64,000 bases of DNA from Carpediemonas membranifera BICM (GCA_019828565.1 JAHDYR010000067.1:526244-590243), one strand, 5' to 3'. Positions 29,760 through 40,810 are shown, counted from the stretch's first letter. Notes: a model not told the origin generated them from the sequence alone. Translations and numbers: made by a program.

Positions 29760-31838
29760 TCACAGCCGTCCCAAGTCATGTGGCTGTAAGAAGTTCTGAA
29801 CGTCCCTCAGTTGCCTCAGGTTCCGAGCCAGTGCCTTTGCAAGCTGGCCCTTATCCTCTGGGGTGGCCACCCTCGGTCTATTAGTCGGTATCACGGGCGA
29901 GTCGTCCAAACTCATGGCAGCCTGTGTCCCCTTCCTGCGGAGGAGCTCGCTCTGCAGGGCGTTCTTGACCTCACGGAGGGTGTTGAGCTCGGCAACAAGC
30001 TCACGCTGCTCGTTATGCAGCCGAAACTCGAGCTTATCAGCCCGTTTCTTCTCATTGGTCGCGGCTTGACGAGAGCTATCCCGCTCTTGAGCATAGAGTG
30101 TCGCCTTCCTTGATAGCTCGGCGAGGGCACTTGTTTGATCCCCCAGCTCGTCAACCCTGCTCTCAAGGTCCTCGCAGTGGGCCTGCAGGGCCGTGTAGTC
30201 CGCCTCCATCACATCCCGATCGCTAGCCTTATCCTGCGCATCTTGAAGCTGGGCTCTGAGCTCGATTAGTCGGGCCTGCATCGCCTCTTCATGCTCTGCC
30301 CTGCGAGCTGCCGTATCTCTCTCGTCAGAGAGCATCTCCTCGGCCTTCTTGAGCCTTTCTGAGAGCGAGGTGCGGGCCTGGAGCATCTCTGCCTGAAGCG
30401 ACTGAACTTCAACGAGCTCAGCCTCGGCGTCATCAGCGGCCTGTTGAAGCCTGGAGATCTCTGCAGCCATGGCCGCCGCCTCGTTCTTGAGATCATCAAT
30501 CTGGGCGATCAAGGTCTCATTCTCACCCATCACCGCCTCTAAACTGCTCGTTTTCTCCTCCATAGCCTCCTTGAGCTCGACTAGCTGCTTCTTATCGTCG
30601 TTCGAGTCCCACTGCGCGTTTTCGAGCATTTCGTTCATCGAATCTCGCTCGGATTCGGCAGCGACGGCCTTGACCTCCGCGTTGGACAGCTTTTGCTCAA
30701 GCTCCGCGCGTTCTTTCTCCCAAGCCTTGGCCGCCTCTTCTTTCTCGGCCTCGAGACGATTCAGAGTCGTCTCAAATCTGCTGATATCCGACTTCAACGA
30801 CTCAATCTCCTTTGTCTGCTGCTCGATCGTGCCATCTCTCTCAGCCACGAGCTGGGCGAGCAGCCTCTGCTGCCTCACCAAGTGGTCATGGGATGTGTTA
30901 TCAGCCGTGGAGAGCTCCGAGGCTGATAGAGGGTGTGACCTGTGCCCTGGTCCTTCAGAGTCAGTCGAGTCGAGTCGACCGGAAGGGTGGGTTGGGTCCT
31001 CTGGGCTTCGACTCAGTGTGAAGTCGGACTGCAGCTCGTCCGCCGAATCTGACCCGGGGATGCGGGCATGGCGGCGGGAATCGCTGTCGTCTCTATCCAC
31101 AAGGGCATGTCCCCTGTCATGCTCCTCTTCGCCTGATTCGACGTCCTCGCCGTCGTGCACCACCTCCATGGCCACGCTGCCGTCAAGCCCGGTATGACCC
31201 GCCCCGCCGTGGTCAGTGCGGCTTCTATACGGGCTCCTCTGCGGTTGTGGTTGTGGTTCGGGGTATTCTGCGAGAATATGGTCGATGGACTCTGGGACCA
31301 GAGAGTTCAACTCAGCCAGCTGAGACCGGAGCGACTCGAGCTTTTCAGAGCCCCATGTCCTGTCACGGGTGGGGGTCAACTTGCCTGTGCGTTGGCTCGG
31401 CTGGTGCTCTACATCGTCTTGTCTCCGGGATTGGGGCTGTGTCTGGCCTCGCGTCTTGGTCTCAATGGCTTCGGACGTAGCTTGGCCGGGGATCACCAGA
31501 TCTGTAGGCCACATTGGATGGCTGTGGTTCTGCTCGCGGTTGGCCTCGTGGTTCTGGGGCTCAGGGGACCCAGCGTGGAGCTTTTTGTTGAGCGCTTGGT
31601 GCACGGCGAGAAGCTTCGAGTAAAGCTGCGTATCGTGCGCAGACATGGCTGGTTTCGAACCATCTCTACGTGTATGTCTGGAGGAACCCTGAAGCTCGGC
31701 GATGGACGTCCTGCTGCGGGGAATTTGCGAAACGTGGTGCATATCGCCATCGGGCTGGTGGTAGGATTCACGTGGACGAAACAGCTGGTCGCTTTCATTC
31801 CATGGGCCAAGATCAGGCGATCGTTCAAACTCATCCAT
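29760..31838 (-). CDS. Coiled-coil protein with disordered N-terminal half
   Basis: Long ORF with E/K/L/A heptads over roughly the C-terminal half. Start uncertain (ATG 31934 or 31838). Confidence 0.7.
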   Translation of the reverse strand: MDEFERSPDLGPWNESDQLFRPRESYHQPDGDMHHVSQIPRSRTSIAELQGSSRHTRRDGSKPAMSAHDTQLYSKLLAVHQALNKKLHAGSPEPQNHEANREQNHSHPMWPTDLVIPGQATSEAIETKTRGQTQPQSRRQDDVEHQPSQRTGKLTPTRDRTWGSEKLESLRSQLAELNSLVPESIDHILAEYPEPQPQPQRSPYRSRTDHGGAGHTGLDGSVAMEVVHDGEDVESGEEEHDRGHALVDRDDSDSRRHARIPGSDSADELQSDFTLSRSPEDPTHPSGRLDSTDSEGPGHRSHPLSASELSTADNTSHDHLVRQQRLLAQLVAERDGTIEQQTKEIESLKSDISRFETTLNRLEAEKEEAAKAWEKERAELEQKLSNAEVKAVAAESERDSMNEMLENAQWDSNDDKKQLVELKEAMEEKTSSLEAVMGENETLIAQIDDLKNEAAAMAAEISRLQQAADDAEAELVEVQSLQAEMLQARTSLSERLKKAEEMLSDERDTAARRAEHEEAMQARLIELRAQLQDAQDKASDRDVMEADYTALQAHCEDLESRVDELGDQTSALAELSRKATLYAQERDSSRQAATNEKKRADKLEFRLHNEQRELVAELNTLREVKNALQSELLRRKGTQAAMSLDDSPVIPTNRPRVATPEDKGQLAKALARNLRQLRDVQNFLQPHDLGRL

Positions 31839-32538
31839 CAAGACGTTTCGCTCTTCCGTTCGACGTCTTTCATGCAGAAGTGACCAGTTACGAGTTACAT
31901 GAGCACACATAAACCAGACCAAGACCCAACCCATCTGACAGTTGAAAGATCCAGCTATTAAGCTCGCAAGTCGGGTGTTTCAGCAGCGTCGGGCGTGGTG
32001 TGCTGGGGCGGGTAAGCTAATGCTCGCTGACAACACTGAGTCAAGCAAGAACTAACCCAGCTTAGCCAAGTGTCTGTCTATACGTCCCACGCCATACGTA
32101 CTATCAAATCCTTGGTCGACTGAGACCACGGCCGGTGGTCGAAGGCCTCTGTCACCTGGGGCAGGGTGTCGCCCCTGGTCGACTCAAACTTGGTCGGCCT
32201 GATTTGCATGACTCCGTTGCTGGTGTATAGCATGTTGTCGTGCTGGTTCGCTCTCTTGGCTGAGCAGCTGAGTAGTCTTTGGCTTGACACTGTTGTACTA
32301 CAGTTTGAGATTAATCTTGGTCATATGAAAGGGCCGTTGAAACATCACCTATCCAAGCGGCCCCATTCAGCAATCGGTCATGGAATTTGATTTATTTTTC
32401 TGACTCATCCCATTTTTCCTGTCGAGTTCGTGAAGTATCATAGAGTGCACAGTGCAAGCAGTAAAGTAGGACGAGACCTCAGTTCGATACTTCGCAGGTT
32501 AAGCATCAAAAATTCTCCTGGTGCCACCACAAGCCTCT

Positions 32539-33255
32539 ATGGCTCCAACTCGCGTTAACAGACGCCCTTCTGCGTTTGAGCAGAGGTTCGCAACTAAAAT
32601 CACACAAGTCAAGCGCGATGGCTCGTTTTCTGCTGCCACAGAACGAGCTCGGCAAGGATCCACCGAAGAGCAGTTCTATTACTCCAAAAAGCCTCGCAGA
32701 GTGAACTACAAGCCATACTCCATATCAGACTATGCCCAAATGAAGGAGCGCGATGAAACTCTCGGCTCCGTTAAGGGCCTCGGTCCTGACCTGGATAACG
32801 AAAGAGTCCGCGCTGCCCAAAAGCACCGCAACAAGATGATGGACTACTCTAAGAACGTTGTCCAGGCCCACAAGGAAGAAGGCCTTCCCATGGCGCCAAG
32901 GAAGGATCATAAGAAGATCTACACTGTCGTTGACGGACATGGCCGTTGGGCGAACGAGGATGACGCCACTATCTCCCGCGACAAGGCCCTCAAGTACGCC
33001 ACCACGCATATTCCTAAGCCTACCGTCACGCGGCGTTCAATGTCTAAGCCTGCCTTCGCCTTTGGTTCCACACAGCGGCCAAAACTCTCACCGTACTCGC
33101 GAGAGAGCGTGCTAGATGCTATTGAGCCGAACTCCCTCTCTCCAGGCATGAAACACGTTGGTGGGTACGGCATCTCTGCAAGTCTGGGCGACTTGGAACG
33201 GCGGCATGAGGTAGAGCAGGCGGCTGTGGATGATATAATGGCTGAGTTCTCGTAG
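32539..33255 (+). CDS. JHY: JHY-like ciliary protein (C-terminal conserved domain only)
   Basis: NYKPYSISDY, GLGPD, SRDKALKYATTHIPKP and LERRHEVEQAAV match the JHY/C11orf63 C-terminal blocks as recalled (LGGLGPD, KALEYAKxIPKP, RHEREKxAV). Confidence 0.65.
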   Translation: MAPTRVNRRPSAFEQRFATKITQVKRDGSFSAATERARQGSTEEQFYYSKKPRRVNYKPYSISDYAQMKERDETLGSVKGLGPDLDNERVRAAQKHRNKMMDYSKNVVQAHKEEGLPMAPRKDHKKIYTVVDGHGRWANEDDATISRDKALKYATTHIPKPTVTRRSMSKPAFAFGSTQRPKLSPYSRESVLDAIEPNSLSPGMKHVGGYGISASLGDLERRHEVEQAAVDDIMAEFS

Positions 33256-33861
33256 AATTGATCGGATCACTTTTCTATGTGGCACGCGCATTGCGATAAA
33301 TTTCTCGACTCAGCATTTTCTTCGTTGAGAATCATGCATTCATGTTTCGGGCTGTATTACTGGAATCTACCAAGAACAATCAATCATACCTTGCTTCAAC
33401 GATATAGGTGTTTGCTCACTCGCGATGGAACAAACTAAACTACTCGATCGTGCTTGACTCCATGGCGGGGTGGTCGGCAGACGCGGTGGGGTATATCAGC
33501 CAGCTTGTGGGCAAGTGGTCCGTGGAGGAGATTGTCTTCGGGTCGGAGTCGTGAGTGGGCCGGGCGGCTCGTTTATATGAAGGCTGGACGATGGCTAGGG
33601 TAAATAGCAGGCCTGGTGTTCTTTTATTAGTCTCCTTCGCCATTCTTCCAGGGTCTGGGCGTCTTGGGCCAACCCTTCCACGGGCCTCGTTCTTGGAGTT
33701 GTCGTCTCAACATAGTGGGATTGCCCTTTCGATCGAGCGAGATGGCTGCTGAGTCAGCTACTGCGATGGCCATGCCTCACATCCCTACACCACAGCTGGC
33801 GTCGACGGTCGGCGAGTCGGCAGTCAGAATTTGGGCACCACCGAGCTGAGCGCTGAAACCA

Positions 33862-35478
33862 ATGAGCAGCGCTAGTTCCTCGCCATCTGCCATAAGAGAT
33901 GCGCTGATCACCGCATATCGCGCCTCGCTTGTTGTGACGGCCTCCATCTCCGGGGACATCCCATCCTTGATCCAGTGCGCCTACTCCAGGCACTTCGACG
34001 GGCAGATGCCCTCGATCCACAACGACAAGGGCACTTCTACACCAACCAGCGCCCCTTCTCTCGAATCCCTCCTCGCCACGTTCTCCAAGCTCCCCCCTCT
34101 CAAACCAACCGCGCAAGCCCTCCTCGACCGCGCCCGCTCGATCCTCACCAGCGGCCCCCCGCTGTCCATGAACGTCGAGCTCGCGGATGGCGAGGAGCTC
34201 CCGGTCGCCATGCACACGCTGAACCAGGGCGCGGTGTGGGCGTGTCTGGTGGGTGGCGGGGCCAACCCCGACCTCGAGGACAGGGTGCTGAAGGAGGCTC
34301 GAGAGAAGGAGCCAGATGATATTGAGATGCACGACAAGATCCGCAACGCTCTCGCCCCCGAGGCCAAGTGCCTCTGGTTCCTCTGCCGCAAGTTCTTCTT
34401 CACGTTTAATGTCGCAGAGAAGGACGGCGAGTGCTGTCAGTTCACTGGACGCTACAATGGCTACCACCATCGCATGTACATGGGCCGCCTCTTCCTGCTC
34501 GACACTTACTATCACACCGCCCTCACCAGGGCCAGGATGCCCAGGGCCCTCGAGGTCTACAGCAACTGGTTCACCCACATCGCCAGGACACCCAAGGGTC
34601 TGTGGGGCTGGCGGCAGAACGGGTTTGGCCAGCTGGGGTTCAAGTCGTCTAAGGTCGACCCGACCCGCCTTACCTTCCCCGCCTGCGCCGAGGTCGCTGA
34701 GCTCGAGGCCAGCCTGCCCCCCTGGGAGAAGCACGGGATGGTGACTGGTGTATCGATAATGAGCGGTCAGACGTTCATCCTCACCCCAGCCGACACTGTC
34801 ATGGCTGGATATGAGGCAAGATCGTTTACCGGCCGTGTCGAGCGGGAGAACAGACCCCTCTTCCACCCAGTCGCTGTGCCATCTGGCTTTGTCCCAGATC
34901 ACATCATGCATGTGGTAAGTTTATTTACCGCGACTGTCATCCTCTCCATGGGCGATCGGCAGGTGATCAGCGGGGGCAACGAATGTGGCCAGCTGGGGCT
35001 CGGGCACGATGATGAGATGTCTGGCTTCGTCGATCTGCCCTTTGGGGTCGACCGGATCATCACTTCTGCAGATGAATTCACCGTCTTCCTCGGTGGCCGC
35101 CAGCTGCTCTTCGCTGGCAAAGTTCCCATCCATATCGCCCAGTCGGGCCTGCTGCCTGGAAAACGCAGGGACTACAAGTGCCTCACACCCACCCCGCTCC
35201 GGTTCCCAGAGAGGGTCAAGGGGTTCTGGGGTGACTATGATCGGATGGTCTGGGTGACCGAGGGTGTCACCCACTATTACGATGATGAGAATCGTACTAT
35301 GGTTCCAATTGAGGCGACAGCGTTCAACAAATGCCCCCTCCGCTTCCGTGACTCAACTGGCCAGTGGTTCAAGGTGGTGGGCGAGTCAGATGGGGTGGCT
35401 GAGCTGGTCGAGTGCGAGGCGCCCAAAAGGCGGACAGAGATCATCCCGGTCGACGTTGACCCAACCCCTCAATCATAA
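33862..35478 (+). CDS. RCC1-like family copy E, intact (538 aa)
   Basis: Uninterrupted ORF from MSSASSS to PQS; RCC1 motifs LWGWRQNGFGQLG and GGNECGQLGLGH. Confidence 0.85.
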   Translation: MSSASSSPSAIRDALITAYRASLVVTASISGDIPSLIQCAYSRHFDGQMPSIHNDKGTSTPTSAPSLESLLATFSKLPPLKPTAQALLDRARSILTSGPPLSMNVELADGEELPVAMHTLNQGAVWACLVGGGANPDLEDRVLKEAREKEPDDIEMHDKIRNALAPEAKCLWFLCRKFFFTFNVAEKDGECCQFTGRYNGYHHRMYMGRLFLLDTYYHTALTRARMPRALEVYSNWFTHIARTPKGLWGWRQNGFGQLGFKSSKVDPTRLTFPACAEVAELEASLPPWEKHGMVTGVSIMSGQTFILTPADTVMAGYEARSFTGRVERENRPLFHPVAVPSGFVPDHIMHVVSLFTATVILSMGDRQVISGGNECGQLGLGHDDEMSGFVDLPFGVDRIITSADEFTVFLGGRQLLFAGKVPIHIAQSGLLPGKRRDYKCLTPTPLRFPERVKGFWGDYDRMVWVTEGVTHYYDDENRTMVPIEATAFNKCPLRFRDSTGQWFKVVGESDGVAELVECEAPKRRTEIIPVDVDPTPQS

Positions 35479-35654
35479 ACATGCTGCTGCACGACTGCGC
35501 CTTCTCAGCTTGGGAGAACGATAGGGTGACGACTCCTGCTTGTTCCCAGTGGACTTCTTAACAAGTCAGCATCCGTTCGTCCATCCCCATTGTGTCCGGG
35601 TCACAACTGTACATCTTTACCGGCTAATCAACATAAACCATAAACTACGGGCCT

Positions 35655-38489
35655 TCACACACGCGGCCTCATGACAGCAACACTCGGCTGCTGCGCCAAG
35701 CACCGAGCATGCTGCTCCACACTCTCCACAGTCATCGCCCCGAGGTCCTCAAGTCGACCCCGAGCCCATTCGAGTCGCCTTGGATCAGAGTGCACCTTGG
35801 GCAGCACCGTCCGGGACCAGTACCGCAGCGTCTGCTCGGCCGTGCGGTACGAGGTGACTATAGGTTGCAGAGCACGGTCAAACTCGTCCTCCTCGATCCC
35901 GGAGGCCAGCGACTGGGCGACCGCGACAGTGTCAGCGGACACCGCCTCCGCCACGCCCGGGGAGACTAACACCACCGCCGTGAGCCAGGCATACCCGCCG
36001 AAGATCTCGCTGATGTCGAGCGTGACGCTTGGCGAATACGTATCCCCTCGACCGTCTCTCAGCGCCACTCTGAGCCTATCCTGAAGCACTCCGGCCAGCA
36101 CATTCAGCCGACGGGTGGTAAACGCATCGTACTCGACCGGAACATGCCACGCGATATGGACTATTGCCTTGTCGTCGGCCGTATCGACTTCGAAGGACCA
36201 CACGCCCAAGTCAGTCGGGACTTCGAGTCGAGTCAAGTCTGAGTCAAATGCCGGAGACTTTTGGGGCAGGGCGGGGAGTCGCCCAAAAGTGCTGGAAACG
36301 AGCTCAATGGCTGTTTCCGGCGCAATGTCTCCAGCAATCGTGATATGAGGCGCGCTGTGCCTTGCCAAGCTCTGCAGCCACTCCTGCATGTATTCTAACT
36401 CGTATCCTTTCAACTTGCCGACGTCATAAAATGCGAAACGACTGTCATTACCAGCCAAGTGTGGCCTGACGACGTTAAGCAGCGGCCACTGGAGCAAATG
36501 GGGCAGCCTGGCCTCGTGTTCAGCTAGGTTCTTCAGCACTGCTGTCCTCGCGTCTTCGGTAAGCCTCGGCTCGAGGTAGCCTGTTAACAGCAGAGCCAGC
36601 TGGAGCTCAATGTCTTCTGCTGAGCACACGTGGCCCAGACGAAGCTCGGCGTCATGTAGACTCAGCTCTAAACCTATTCCGGCAGAGGTTCCGGCAAGAA
36701 TTGACCGGATGCTGTCCTTGCTGTATGGACCAAGTCCGGACTGTGACGCCACTGCTGCGGTAAAGTATGCGAGACCTGGGCTGTCGGCCGGCTCAAGAAG
36801 TGCGCCGCCAGGGACGCTCACTGTGACTGAAACCTTGCCGGTGTCGTAAGGTACGTGTTTGAAGTTGAGTGTCGCGTTGTTGGAAAACTCGATCATGTGT
36901 ATCTCCAAATCTTCAACAAATTCGTGAGATATGATTTTTGACTCACCCTCAACCAGCGGTGGAGCCCATTCCTGTCTGTCTCGCGTCCCCCCACTTTCAA
37001 GCGGAGCAGCCAGCGTCTCCTCCAAGACCTGGGCTATGTCACCCTCGATCAACCGGGGATCCTCTCCACCGAGGCTACCCGACATAAATATCGACCAATC
37101 GTTGAGTGACAGAATCTCTCTCATGGCGGTAGATACTGAAACCACGGAGACCTGGGCGATCTCTGAAATGATGATCTCAGCCACTGTTTCTGGAGCTGGG
37201 ACAACTGTGTTGCTCGCTAGAGCTCTGGTGATACTGGTAGCAAGGCTTCCAGAGTGCCTGTTGGATTTCTCAGCCACACTGCGCTTCTGTTGGTTGATGA
37301 TCTCCGACCTTACATCATTCAACTCCCACTCCTGGATCGGATTCGCAGCAGCGTGCTTGACCACCGTCATTGTCTTAGATAGCGCCTCCTTCCACTCAGT
37401 CTCCGCTGCTTGAACCTGGATCATGACTGAGCTATAATCTGGGTCATCAAATGATGCGTGAGCTGCCGCATGAAGCACAGCAGAGTCGGCTTGCTCCGAA
37501 AGAACAGCAAGTCGTCTGTTCAGGATCGAGACCGCAGCTGCGTAAAGCATGGGGGCTCGATAGCTGTGTCGCGTGTGGAGCGTGGACTTGGCGGTCTGCT
37601 TGCATGAAGTGATATCCAGAACTGGTGTGGGCAATTCATTGTCCGAGTAGTACTCGAATGCGGGTGAGTTTCGGCAGAAAGTGCCAATGTCTGGCGCTTC
37701 CGGCATTTCAGAGTCGTTGGAGTCGAGCTGACTGAATATTTTCTCAATTTCAGCCTTGACTACAGATACGTTCATATCTCCGACAACCGCGAGATACATA
37801 TTATCGGGACGATACCAAGTCTCATAAAATTGCCGTAAATCAGCACTTGTCGCGTTTCTCACGACCTCTTCCAGCCCAATAGGCAGCCGCTCATTATACA
37901 ATGCCTCGGGGTGGGTAAAAGCAAGCTCTGTAACAGCCTTGCGGTACACCGCGCTGTCTCGGTCTTTTGTTTCAGCAAGGATGACACCCCTTTCAGACAC
38001 GACCTCCGCTTCGTTCAGCTCAAGGTTCTGTGCCAGATCAAGCATGAAAGCGAGGCCTTCGGATACATGCGCTGTATCATTCGAGGCGAGGTCAAGCTTG
38101 AACAAAGTCTCCTCCGTGCTGGTGTGCGCATTGGTGTCCTCGCCGAAACTCATGCCTAGGCGCTGGAAGAAGGCAACGGCGGTGTTGGGAGGGAAGTTTT
38201 TGCTCCCCCTGAAGGCCATGTGTTCCAAGAAATGGGCGAGACCTCGCTGATGGTCGAGCTCATCCAGGCTTCCAACGTCTACGAGAAGACGAAGAGAAAT
38301 ACGACCTTCTGGCTTGTAATTGGGCATTATGCCGTAAAATAGGCCGTTTGTGAGCTTGCCGACGTGAATACTGCTGTCCCAGGGGATATAGAGTTCATTG
38401 CCGATAATCTGGACAGCAAAGAGTGCTATTGAAGTAGAGACAAACAAGAGCACAAGATGGAGCACAAGAGTTCGAATCCAAGCATGCAT
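35655..38489 (-). CDS. Zinc metallopeptidase family M16, bacterial PqqL-like, with signal/anchor peptide
   Basis: HxxEH motif in GLAHFLEHMAFRGS; GKLTNGL, NAHTS, ERGVILAE, RLPIG, FYETWYRPDN; 944-aa two-lobed architecture. Confidence 0.92.
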   Translation of the reverse strand: MHAWIRTLVLHLVLLFVSTSIALFAVQIIGNELYIPWDSSIHVGKLTNGLFYGIMPNYKPEGRISLRLLVDVGSLDELDHQRGLAHFLEHMAFRGSKNFPPNTAVAFFQRLGMSFGEDTNAHTSTEETLFKLDLASNDTAHVSEGLAFMLDLAQNLELNEAEVVSERGVILAETKDRDSAVYRKAVTELAFTHPEALYNERLPIGLEEVVRNATSADLRQFYETWYRPDNMYLAVVGDMNVSVVKAEIEKIFSQLDSNDSEMPEAPDIGTFCRNSPAFEYYSDNELPTPVLDITSCKQTAKSTLHTRHSYRAPMLYAAAVSILNRRLAVLSEQADSAVLHAAAHASFDDPDYSSVMIQVQAAETEWKEALSKTMTVVKHAAANPIQEWELNDVRSEIINQQKRSVAEKSNRHSGSLATSITRALASNTVVPAPETVAEIIISEIAQVSVVSVSTAMREILSLNDWSIFMSGSLGGEDPRLIEGDIAQVLEETLAAPLESGGTRDRQEWAPPLVEGESKIISHEFVEDLEIHMIEFSNNATLNFKHVPYDTGKVSVTVSVPGGALLEPADSPGLAYFTAAVASQSGLGPYSKDSIRSILAGTSAGIGLELSLHDAELRLGHVCSAEDIELQLALLLTGYLEPRLTEDARTAVLKNLAEHEARLPHLLQWPLLNVVRPHLAGNDSRFAFYDVGKLKGYELEYMQEWLQSLARHSAPHITIAGDIAPETAIELVSSTFGRLPALPQKSPAFDSDLTRLEVPTDLGVWSFEVDTADDKAIVHIAWHVPVEYDAFTTRRLNVLAGVLQDRLRVALRDGRGDTYSPSVTLDISEIFGGYAWLTAVVLVSPGVAEAVSADTVAVAQSLASGIEEDEFDRALQPIVTSYRTAEQTLRYWSRTVLPKVHSDPRRLEWARGRLEDLGAMTVESVEQHARCLAQQPSVAVMRPRV

Positions 38490-38793
38490 GCCTGGCGAGG
38501 TGGATTCCTGTTCTGAGATTTACGCGTGTACATGACAAGCTATGTATCATGCCTACCGCTTCCATATCCATTCGTCTGCGAGAAAACAGGGGTATGGTGA
38601 TGTATAAGCGACTCATTGCCATGGCCAACACGGGAGAGCACCTGGCGTTCGAAATTCTTCTCCTTCAAAACGATGCCGACTGTTCCTTTGCGGATGGCCC
38701 AGCGTTGACTCTCAGGTTGTTCTAATCCTGCCAGTGCTGATCACCTGCTTCACACTGGCTCCGTTTATGACAGGAAGTTTATGTATGCAACCA

Positions 38794-40361
38794 CTACTTT
38801 ATGTTGATTAGAGGGTCAACGTCGACGGGAATGATCTCTGTCCGCCATATGGGTACCTCGCATTCGACCAGCCCAGCCACCCCATCTGACTCGCCCACCA
38901 CCTTGAACCACTGGCCGGTTGAGTCGCAGAAGCGGAGGGGGCATTTGTTGACCGCTGTCGCCTCAATTGGAACCATAGTTGGATTCTCATCATCGTAATA
39001 GTGGGTGACACCCTCGGTCACCCAGACCATCCGATCATAGTCACCCCAGAACCCCTTGACCCTCTCTGGGAACCGGAGCGGGGTGGGTGTGAGGCACTTG
39101 TAGTCCCTGCGTTTTCCAGGCAGCAGACCCGACTGGGCGATATGACGGGTTACCTTGCCAGCGAAGAGCAGCTGGCGGCCACCGAGGAAGACGTTGAATT
39201 CATCTGCAGAAGTGATGATCCGGTCGACCCCAAAGGGCAGATCGACGAAGCCAGACATCTCATCATCGTGCCCGAGCCCCAGCTGGCCACATTCGTTGCC
39301 CCCGCTGATCATCTGCCGATCGCCCATGGAGAGGATGACAGTCGCGGTAAATAAACTTACCACATGCACGATGTGATCTGGGACAAAGCCAGATGGCACA
39401 GCGACTGGGTGGAAGCGGTGTCTGTTCTCCCGCTCGACACGGCCGGTAAACAATCTTGCCTCATATCCAGCCATGACAGTGCCGACTGGGGTGAGGATGA
39501 ACGTCCGATCACAAATCAGCGACACATCAGTCACCATCCTGTGCTTCTCCCAGAGGGGCAGGCTGGCCTCGAGCTCGGCGACCTCGGCGCAGGCGGGGAA
39601 GGTAAGGCGGGTCGGGTCGACCTTAGACGACTCGAACCCCAGCTGGCCATGACCGCTATCCCCCCAGCCCCACAGACCCTTGGGCGTCCTGGCGATGTGG
39701 GTGAGGTCGTCGCTGTAGACCTCGAGGGCCCTGGGCATCCTGGCCCTGGTGAAGGCGGTGTGATAGTCCGAGTTAAACATGAAGAGGCGGCCCATGTACA
39801 TGCGGTGGTGGTAGCCATTGTAGCGTCCAGTGAACTGACAGCACTCGCCGTCCTTCTCTGCCACATTCAGCGTGAAGAAGAACTTGCGGCAGAGGAACCA
39901 GAGGCACTTGGCCTCGGGGGCGAGAGCGTTGCGGATCTTGTCGTGCTCGAGGTCGGGGTTGGCCCCGCCACCCACCAGACACGCCCACACCGCGCCCTGG
40001 TTCAGCGTGTGCAGGGCGACCGGGAGCTCCTGCCCCGCCACCAGCTCGACGTTCATGGACAGCGGGGGGCCGCTGGTGAGGATCGAGCGGGCGCGGTCGA
40101 GGAGGGCTTGCGCGGTTGGTTTGAGAGGGGGCAGCTTGGAGAGCGCGGCGAGGAGGGATTCGAGAGAAGGGGCACTCGCTGGTGCAGAAGTGCTCTTGTC
40201 GTTGTGGATCGAGGGCATCTGCCCGTCGAAGTGCCTGGAGTAGGCGCACTGGATCAAGGATGGGATGTACCAGAGATGGAGGCCGTCACAACAAGCGAGG
40301 CGCGATATGCGGTGATCAGCGCATCTCTGATGGCAGATGGCGAGGAACTAGCGCTGCTCAT
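38794..40361 (-). pseudogene. RCC1-like family copy F (early frameshift; variable cassette deleted in frame)
   Basis: ATG at 40361; same 1-nt deletion TCTGGTACATCC as copy A (~40268); reads NPDLE-HDKIR where other copies have ~17 extra residues. Confidence 0.8.
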
Positions 40362-40810
40362 TGGTTTCAGCGCTCAGTTCGGTGGTGCCCAAATTCTGAC
40401 TGACGACTCGCCGACCGCCGACGCCAGCTGCGGTGTCGCGAGTTGAGGCATGAACCTCGGAGCAGCCGACTCAGCTGGCGCACATGCCTGATCGAGAGTG
40501 CATTATAGGCCCCACACGAACACGATTGCATCAACAGGCCGTCTATATCGGCCGTTTAGACAGCTTTGTGCCGATTCCCCGACCAAGATGTGAGACTGGC
40601 AATCTTCTGACCATCGTGATGTCGGCTTGAGGAATAGTCGACTGAACACTTTGTCGCTCCACTGATTGGATGGAGAGCGAGGCCAGCCAGACAGTGTATA
40701 CTCACGTGTCATGAGAGCCAGCTCTACCATGACCCTGCCTGACCCCTGGATCGCGTGACAATGCGTTAGCAGCATCGCTGCCGGCATTTTCATTTATTCA
40801 CATAACTCGA

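Noticed and set aside
33408-33554. Possible small exon (VFAHSRWNKLNYSIVLDSMAGW...) after an AG
   Set aside because: No upstream exon or homology could be established.
38465-38485. GTTCGAATCC tRNA T-loop-like motif
   Set aside because: Lies within the M16 coding start with no cloverleaf; no tRNA or rRNA was recognised anywhere in the window.
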